From: a virus | Virus record (IMG/VR): IMGVR_UViG_3300045988_026548 | Span: 1-58,501 of that record | Strand: one strand, 5' to 3' | DNA: 58,501 nucleotides | Part shown: piece after piece, positions 53,619 to 58,501 of the stretch | Layout of the letters: every line of letters begins with the position of its first letter | How positions within the stretch are numbered: position 1 is the first letter of the stretch | Notes under the pieces: model-generated | What the model was told of the DNA's origin: nothing | The model's input: the letters and a program-made list of their open reading frames with translations, nothing else | The model's database searches: none | Made by a program: the position numbers and the translations under genes

Positions 53619-53647
53619 TTGAAAAATAGCCACTTGGCTAGTATAAT
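53619..53647 (+). promoter_or_regulatory. Early rightward promoter with a palindromic operator
   Basis: TTGAAA-17 nt-TATAAT; spacer holds the 14-bp palindrome TAGCCACTTGGCTA (53627-53640). Confidence 0.65.
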
Positions 53648-53785
53648 ATGAAGCATAGGGCAAACAAAAACCAAGACCCCTGACAAATCTATCAGGAAGT
53701 CGCTAGAAAATGTTCACTTTGTACTTCGCAACTACATAGTAGCATATTTTCTAGTAAAATGCAAGCCAAGAAAGGAGAATGGCTA

Positions 53786-53986
53786 GTGAATCTTTCTAAA
53801 ATCGACGAGTTTCGCAAGTTACATGGTCTGTCTCGTACTGACTTGGAAGTAGCCGCTGGTTTAAGCAACGGCGCACTGGGCAAGTGGGAACGCTCCGCAA
53901 ATGGGCCGAGCATTCGACAGCTTGTGAAAGTCGCTGATTACTTCCGTGTGTCGGTAGACGCTTTGCTTGTGAGAGACAAGCAGTAA
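53786..53986 (+). CDS. Cro-like XRE-family HTH protein
   Basis: GTG with aaaggagaatggcta RBS (alternative ATG 53759); LHGLSRTDLEVAAGLSNGALGKWERS HTH. Confidence 0.7.
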   Translation: MNLSKIDEFRKLHGLSRTDLEVAAGLSNGALGKWERSANGPSIRQLVKVADYFRVSVDALLVRDKQ

Positions 53987-54006
53987 GTCATAAGAAAGGA
54001 TTAAAA

Positions 54007-54768
54007 ATGAACGACATTATTTTATCCATGCAAAATGGCGAGCCTGTGGTTTCCAGCCGTCAGATTGCAGAGAGCTTCGAGAAGCGTCATGACCATGTGA
54101 TGCGTGACATCGAAGACATTATGAGGGGTCTCCCCAAAAATGGGGACACCCCCATGTTCTACAAGACCGAGTACGTCCATGAGCAGAACGGCCAGAGCTA
54201 CCCCATGTATCTGATGAACCGTGACGGCTTCACCCTGCTGGCTATGGGCTTTACCGGCAAGGCTGCTCTCGAGTGGAAACTGAAATACATTGCAGCGTTC
54301 AACGAGATGGAAAAGAAGCTGACCGAACAACCGCAACTTACCCGCTCGCAGCTCCTTGCAACTGCGCTGATCGCAGCGCATGAGGAGCTGGAGGAGAAGG
54401 ACAAGCGGATTGCAGAACTTACGCCGAAGGGCGTTTTTGCTGACGCGGTGAGCGCAAGCAGCCAGAGCATTCTTGTTGGTGAAATGGCAAAGCTGCTGTC
54501 ACAGAACGGCATCCAGATGGGGCAGAACCGCTTGTTCTCATGGCTGCGTGAGAACGGATATCTGATTAAGGACAGAAAGCGGACGGACTACAATATGCCG
54601 ACCCAGAAGTCTATGGAACTTCGCTTGTTTGAAATCAAGGAAACGTCCATTGCACATTCCGATGGGCACACTTCTATCAATAAGACCCCGAAGGTGACGG
54701 GTATCGGTCAGGTCTATTTCGTTAATCTCTTCTTAAAGACGGAGAAGAGCAAGAAAGTGGAGGACTGA
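54007..54768 (+). CDS. Rha-family regulator fused to a KilAC/antirepressor domain
   Basis: VVSSRQIAESFEKRHDHVMRDI and ...YLMNRDGFTLLAMGFTGKAALEWKLKYIAAFNEME (Rha); C-terminal ...ILVGEMAKLLSQNGIQMGQNRLFSWLRENGYL. Confidence 0.8.
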   Translation: MNDIILSMQNGEPVVSSRQIAESFEKRHDHVMRDIEDIMRGLPKNGDTPMFYKTEYVHEQNGQSYPMYLMNRDGFTLLAMGFTGKAALEWKLKYIAAFNEMEKKLTEQPQLTRSQLLATALIAAHEELEEKDKRIAELTPKGVFADAVSASSQSILVGEMAKLLSQNGIQMGQNRLFSWLRENGYLIKDRKRTDYNMPTQKSMELRLFEIKETSIAHSDGHTSINKTPKVTGIGQVYFVNLFLKTEKSKKVED

Positions 54769-54770
54769 AC

Positions 54771-55145
54771 ATGGAGAAGATTATCACCTTAAAGGTTGAC
54801 CTTGAGCACCCTGATGAAGCCAAGTTTGCCATTGACGCTGCGGCTGAGGCCTACGAGGAAAGCAAAAAGTGCTGGGATGCCTTTGAAATCAACGAAGCCA
54901 AAAGCAAAGCACGAGACATTCTGTACAACCTGTGCAATGAAGGCTACAGTATGATATGGACGGTCACGGATGGCGCTGTCGGCCTGACGATCTGGAAAAG
55001 CTTTAAGGAGCCTTCTGTTGGCCAGTGCTATATGCCAAAAGAAAGCCTGTTTGACATCTGGGTCGAAAAGCTAGTTGCATTGTGCATTGCCACAGGCAAG
55101 GAAGTCCCGAAGTTCATCACAGATAAGGCTGGTGAGTGCTGGTGA
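54771..55145 (+). CDS. Hypothetical protein
   Basis: 124-aa ORF in the early operon. Confidence 0.55.
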   Translation: MEKIITLKVDLEHPDEAKFAIDAAAEAYEESKKCWDAFEINEAKSKARDILYNLCNEGYSMIWTVTDGAVGLTIWKSFKEPSVGQCYMPKESLFDIWVEKLVALCIATGKEVPKFITDKAGECW

Positions 55146-55327
55146 TGAAATTTCGCAAAGCACAAAGCCACAAGCGCAGACTAAAGCTTGCAATGGCTGC
55201 TGGCGTGTCAAGAAACGATGCCAACAAGGTGCTGTGGATGGAGAAATCCATCAACCAGTGCTTTGAACGTCACAATCGTGAAGCCAGACTGAAAGAGGAG
55301 ATGCAGCGTGGAAGAAAAGTACTGTGA
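55145..55327 (+). CDS. Small basic hypothetical protein
   Basis: ATGA-type overlap with the upstream stop. Confidence 0.45.
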   Translation: MKFRKAQSHKRRLKLAMAAGVSRNDANKVLWMEKSINQCFERHNREARLKEEMQRGRKVL

Positions 55328-55733
55328 GCGCTGCGGCCTGTATCTTGGCGTGGTCAGACCGACAAGACGTTATTGCAAAGAATGCGCAATATTGGTTGGA
55401 AAAGAAAACCAGGCAGCGCGGCGCGCTCCGTATGGTGTTGTTCCGTGCGAATGGTGCAAAAGGCCGATGCGCAAAATGTACAAGTATCAAAAATATCATA
55501 AGGAATGTGCAAACGCCGTTAAGCGAAAACAGGCCGCAGACTGGCGGAAGGAACACCCAGACTACATCAGAGCTTCTTCCGATGAATCTAGACAGGAAGG
55601 AAATGCAACGAAAGAAAAGCCGAAGTACAGCCTTAAACAAGTAAATGACAAGGCGAAAGAACTTGGAATGAGTTATGGGCATTACAGTGGCTTGCTTGCA
55701 CAAGGAAAGGTAGACCCTCCCGATGAACGGTAA
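55308..55733 (+). CDS. Zinc-finger protein
   Basis: Three CxxC pairs (CERCG, CKEC, CEWC); GTG start. Confidence 0.5.
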   Translation: MEEKYCERCGLYLGVVRPTRRYCKECAILVGKENQAARRAPYGVVPCEWCKRPMRKMYKYQKYHKECANAVKRKQAADWRKEHPDYIRASSDESRQEGNATKEKPKYSLKQVNDKAKELGMSYGHYSGLLAQGKVDPPDER

Positions 55734-55928
55734 GTATTACGGAAAGCGGGAAATCCGCTGGCACAGCCGGGAGAAAGACCGGCTGGAACACATCTAACGC
55801 AAGCGGAGGATGGCAAACGATGAAGAAAGCAATAAACAGCTTCAACAAAAGCAGTCCGTGGAAGAAGCGCTGGCAAGAGCGTGAACCTTTAAGAGTGGAA
55901 CATATCGAGAAAGAAAGAGTGAACAAAA

Positions 55929-56552
55929 ATGAAAAAAATCAAAGTAAGAATCACATTCATCGAAGCGGTTCTTGGCACTTGGCCTAGCAACCAGAATATC
56001 GCGAGAGAGTTCATCGCCAGCAAGTCCCCGGATGCAAACACTATCGAGGACGAAGTTGCCGCTTTGGGCGCTGATGCTGTGGCAGACAAGGGCATGACCG
56101 TGTTCCCTCGCAACGAGAACGGCGAACCCATCCTGTATGACTACCAGATTAAGGGCTTCTTCAAGGATTCTTGCGGTATGCTGGGTCGTATCGGCGGCAA
56201 GACCGAGACCGGCAAAAAGAAAGCTGTCAACGAATCCGGCAAGCTGACTGCTTACAAGAAGGTCATTGACGGCCTGATTTTCGTTCAGCCCCGCATGATT
56301 CCCATTCATGTAAACGGTGAGATTACCGAGTGCCAGCGTCCTCTCCGCGCCCAGACTGCGCAGGGCGAACGTGTAAGCCTTGCCAACAGTGAGCAGATTC
56401 CCGCTGGTTCGACCTGCGAGTTTGAAATCGTTCTTCTGGACGATTCTCATGAGAAGGTCGTGCGTGAGTGGCTGGACTACGGTGCTCTGCGTGGTATCGG
56501 CCAGTGGCGCAACAGCGGAAAAGGCCGCTATACCTACGAAATCCTCAATTAA
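55929..56552 (+). CDS. Hypothetical protein with a RAMP-like C-terminal glycine-rich loop
   Basis: MKKIKVRITFIEAVLG first strand, YDYQIKGFFKDSCG helix, C-terminal LRGIGQWRNSGKGRYTYE; family not confidently recognised. Confidence 0.6.
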   Translation: MKKIKVRITFIEAVLGTWPSNQNIAREFIASKSPDANTIEDEVAALGADAVADKGMTVFPRNENGEPILYDYQIKGFFKDSCGMLGRIGGKTETGKKKAVNESGKLTAYKKVIDGLIFVQPRMIPIHVNGEITECQRPLRAQTAQGERVSLANSEQIPAGSTCEFEIVLLDDSHEKVVREWLDYGALRGIGQWRNSGKGRYTYEILN

Positions 56553-56883
56553 TCGCTATGGCAGGGTAGGGATGTGCTGCACTCGGCGTAGAACGGCAAC
56601 AGCATAGTGACGATTGTCTCAGAAATGCTAAGGCAACGCTTGGAGACGAAGCGACTTGAGCGGCAACGGCGATGCGCTGATTTGACGAGACCTTCAAAGG
56701 CATGGCGAAGCAAGGCTCAGACGAGCAATGGAATTGCATGGAACCGACATGAGCGGCACAGCAAAGGCTATGGATGCAAGGCGTAGAATTGACTAGCGAA
56801 GGAAAAGCAATGCAATGTAGCACGAAGCGAGGGAATTGCATAGACCAGCTATGGCATGGAAAAATAAACGAAAGGGGATAGAA
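56553..56883 (+). other. 330-bp non-coding, repeat-bearing gap within the early operon
   Basis: All three plus frames have many stops; repeated words ggaattgcat (x2), ggcgtagaa (x2), gagcggca (x2), gctatgg (x3). Confidence 0.6.
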
Positions 56884-57084
56884 ATGAAAGTTCTTATAGA
56901 AATTATTCTGATGTGGAGCGCTGCTCTTGCAGTAGTGTTGGCAGCATTCCTTTTAAACCTGTGGCTTGTACATCTTGTTGAACTACTGGTCGGTGCAAAA
57001 GGCACATGGGGAATCATCGTAGCGGCTGCCGTAATGGCAACTGGCTGGATTTTAAGTTTTGGAAGCAAAAAGGAGAACCAATGA
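56884..57084 (+). CDS. Small membrane protein
   Basis: aaaggggatagaaATG RBS; two hydrophobic helices. Confidence 0.55.
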   Translation: MKVLIEIILMWSAALAVVLAAFLLNLWLVHLVELLVGAKGTWGIIVAAAVMATGWILSFGSKKENQ

Positions 57085-57344
57085 AAACTTTGAAAGGAAA
57101 GGCGCTTTCCATGGTCGGTCTGGTCGCGGCTATCGCAGCAGTTGGCTGCGGCGATGCGATTCAAGGATGCCAGACCACAGCGCAGATGCTTGGCTGGGTG
57201 ATCGTGTCCTGCGGGCTTCTCGCAACGGCTATTGTCTTGTGTGCGCTGTCTGTCAGCGCCGAAGAGGACGAACGCAGCGAGCGTGATCGCCGGAAAATCA
57301 AGCGTGTTGCCCACCACACCAGCGAGTGGAGGGATGCACGATGA
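57081..57344 (+). CDS. Small membrane protein
   Basis: aaaggagaaccaATG RBS; two TM helices and a charged tail. Confidence 0.55.
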   Translation: MKTLKGKALSMVGLVAAIAAVGCGDAIQGCQTTAQMLGWVIVSCGLLATAIVLCALSVSAEEDERSERDRRKIKRVAHHTSEWRDAR

Positions 57345-57535
57345 AATGCCCGATGTGCGGTAGCGACAGCATCACAACAGTTGACAGCCGGCCTGAACAC
57401 GACAGCATCACTCGACGCAGGAAGTGTCTTGTATGTAACTACCGGTGGTCTACCATCGAAATCGACAAAGACCAGTGGCACAGTGCGTTGCAAATCAAAG
57501 AGGAACGCAGGAGAGGGAGACCAAAAGATGATTAA
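57341..57535 (+). CDS. NrdR-like zinc-ribbon protein (no ATP-cone)
   Basis: MKCPMCGSDSITTVDSRPEHDSITRRRKCLVCNYRWSTIE parallels the NrdR N-terminus. Confidence 0.6.
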   Translation: MKCPMCGSDSITTVDSRPEHDSITRRRKCLVCNYRWSTIEIDKDQWHSALQIKEERRRGRPKDD

Positions 57536-57722
57536 CCTTGACAGATTCGGTGGCGTGACCGAGCCGGAGGACGGCGTGTATTTCATGACCCGTGAGCAGG
57601 AAGCAGAAGCCAAAGAAGCTGACCGACTGGCTGAGATTGAGGACTTGCGGTCTGAAATTGAGGACAGAGAAGCGGAGCTGAAAGACCTCCGTGCACAGTT
57701 GGCAGAACTGATGGCGGGTTGA
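57528..57722 (+). CDS. Small coiled-coil protein
   Basis: ATG 57528 overlaps the upstream gene end; acidic coiled coil. Confidence 0.5.
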   Translation: MINLDRFGGVTEPEDGVYFMTREQEAEAKEADRLAEIEDLRSEIEDREAELKDLRAQLAELMAG

Positions 57723-57730
57723 TTTTGTAC

Positions 57731-57780
57731 AGCCAAGTTAAGCCAAAGTAAGAACAATGAAGCCTAATGAAGCCGAAGAA
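57731..57780. repeat. Second 10-bp-phased AGCC array (reverse orientation relative to 47801-48000)
   Basis: AGCC at 57731, 57741, 57761, 57771; 57760-57774 aagcctaatgaagcc is the exact reverse complement of 47918-47932. Confidence 0.8.
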
Positions 57781-57790
57781 AGGAAAGAAA

Positions 57791-58177
57791 ATGGGCAAAT
57801 ACAAGAAAGAAATCAAGCATTGCGAAAAGTGCAATAAGCCTTTTTCAGTGTTCCCAAACAGCACGGAAACTCTTTGCACAAGTTGCAAAAGAGACAATTT
57901 GGAGGAGACGCTTCGCAAGAACGGTTACGCACCGCAGCATACGCTTGTTAGGAGCCCTTATGACGGAATCAAGGAAGTGCTTGCTGTCGAAGATGCCGCA
58001 ATAAGAGCTTCGGGGGACGGGAACACAAGCGTTGAGAAAACGTGCCGTGACTGCGGCAAGCCTTTTGAAATTACCAAAGCAGAGCGCATTTTCTTTGAAT
58101 CGCACAACATGGCATTGCCTAAGCGTTGCCCGGCTTGCCGCAAAGCGAGAAAAGAAGCGAGGAAGGAGAACAACTGA
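57791..58177 (+). CDS. Zinc-ribbon protein (C-terminal CxxC...PKRCxxCR type)
   Basis: CRDCGKPFEITKAERIFFESHNMALPKRCPACRKARK; alternative ATG 57767. Confidence 0.6.
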   Translation: MGKYKKEIKHCEKCNKPFSVFPNSTETLCTSCKRDNLEETLRKNGYAPQHTLVRSPYDGIKEVLAVEDAAIRASGDGNTSVEKTCRDCGKPFEITKAERIFFESHNMALPKRCPACRKARKEARKENN

Positions 58178-58501
58178 TGGACAACAGCAAAATCCATGAA
58201 GCTCTGATGGCTGTTCAGTCAGAGTTGAAAGCCCCGAAGGGGCAGATGAACAAATTTGGTGGCTACAAGTACCGCTCGTGTGAGGACATCCTTGAAGCGG
58301 TCAAGCCCATCTTGAAAGCGCATAGCCTTGTGCTGCGGCTTTCCGACAAGCCTGTTATCGTGGACAGTTGGCACTACATCGAAGCCACTGCAACTGTTGA
58401 ATCGCAGGATGGAGCCACCTATACGGTGACTGCATACGCTCGTGAGCCTGAATTTAAGAAGGGCATGGACGATTCGCAGATTACCGGCACTGCAAGCAGC
58501 T
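58177..58501 (+). CDS. erf: ERF-family recombinase, 5' part (continues at window position 2)
   Basis: ATGA overlap with the upstream stop; MDNSKIHEALMAVQSELKAPKGQMNKFGGYKYRSCEDILEAVKPIL is the ERF N-terminus. Confidence 0.8.
   Translation, partial: MDNSKIHEALMAVQSELKAPKGQMNKFGGYKYRSCEDILEAVKPILKAHSLVLRLSDKPVIVDSWHYIEATATVESQDGATYTVTAYAREPEFKKGMDDSQITGTASS

Noticed and set aside
56545-56841. 98-aa minus-strand ORF spanning the non-coding gap
   Set aside because: It has no RBS and a Ser/Ala/Cys/Pro-rich composition. The open frame follows from the near absence of tta/cta/tca triplets on the plus strand. I keep the region as a non-coding candidate.

Overview
The window is a complete, circularly closed phage genome of 58,382 bp; bases 1-119 repeat 58383-58501. 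It is a temperate siphovirus-type genome that also carries plasmid maintenance genes, so I read it as a phage-plasmid. The host looks like a Firmicutes/Clostridia member: GGAGG ribosome-binding sites, a RepA_N initiator, and XkdX/XhlA/LL-H-holin/GH25 lysis genes.

Layout:
- 53.8-58.5 kb, continuing to 1-12.7 kb (+): early and replication operon. It holds cro-like and Rha genes, erf, ssb, a RecU-like resolvase, methyltransferase-like genes, Lar, DnaB, a radical SAM enzyme and a RepA_N initiator.
- 12.85-13.5 kb: an origin built from CTACGACTATT iterons.
- 13.5-16.2 kb: a minus-strand cassette of five small genes, flanked by GC-rich blocks without credible ORFs.
- 16.3-19.4 kb: a lipoprotein and a membrane-anchored Mrr-cat nuclease, then a minus-strand antirepressor/RHH unit.
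- 19.9 kb: a short serine recombinase.
- 21.2-38.2 kb: terminase, an RNA island containing tRNA-Met, portal, capsid and tail genes. The tail chaperone has a -1 frameshift.
- 38.2-41.3 kb: a textbook diversity-generating retroelement (target gene with VR, avd, TR, RT).
- 41.3-43.8 kb: lysis genes and an NPPY methyltransferase.
- 44.1-47.0 kb: five unusual low-complexity, Cys-rich cargo genes.
- 47.1-51.4 kb: plasmid module with an RHH protein, ParA, a Rep_3 initiator and 21-22 bp iterons.
- 51.4-53.8 kb: XRE repressors and the immunity switch.

Most notable observations:
- The DGR: all 18 VR/TR mismatches fall on TR adenines.
- Two separate iteron replicons plus ParA in one phage genome.
- A 200-bp array of 10-bp-phased GGCT decamers inside the RHH gene, with a second small array 10 kb away.
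- An RNA island between terL and the portal gene that includes a tRNA-like element with a 13-nt anticodon loop.
- A 12-mer shared by the spacers of three promoters.
- A protein with a RAMP-like glycine-rich loop next to a 330-bp repeat-rich non-coding gap.

No CRISPR array, rRNA gene or tyrosine integrase was seen. All family assignments come from reading motifs by eye; no database search was run.
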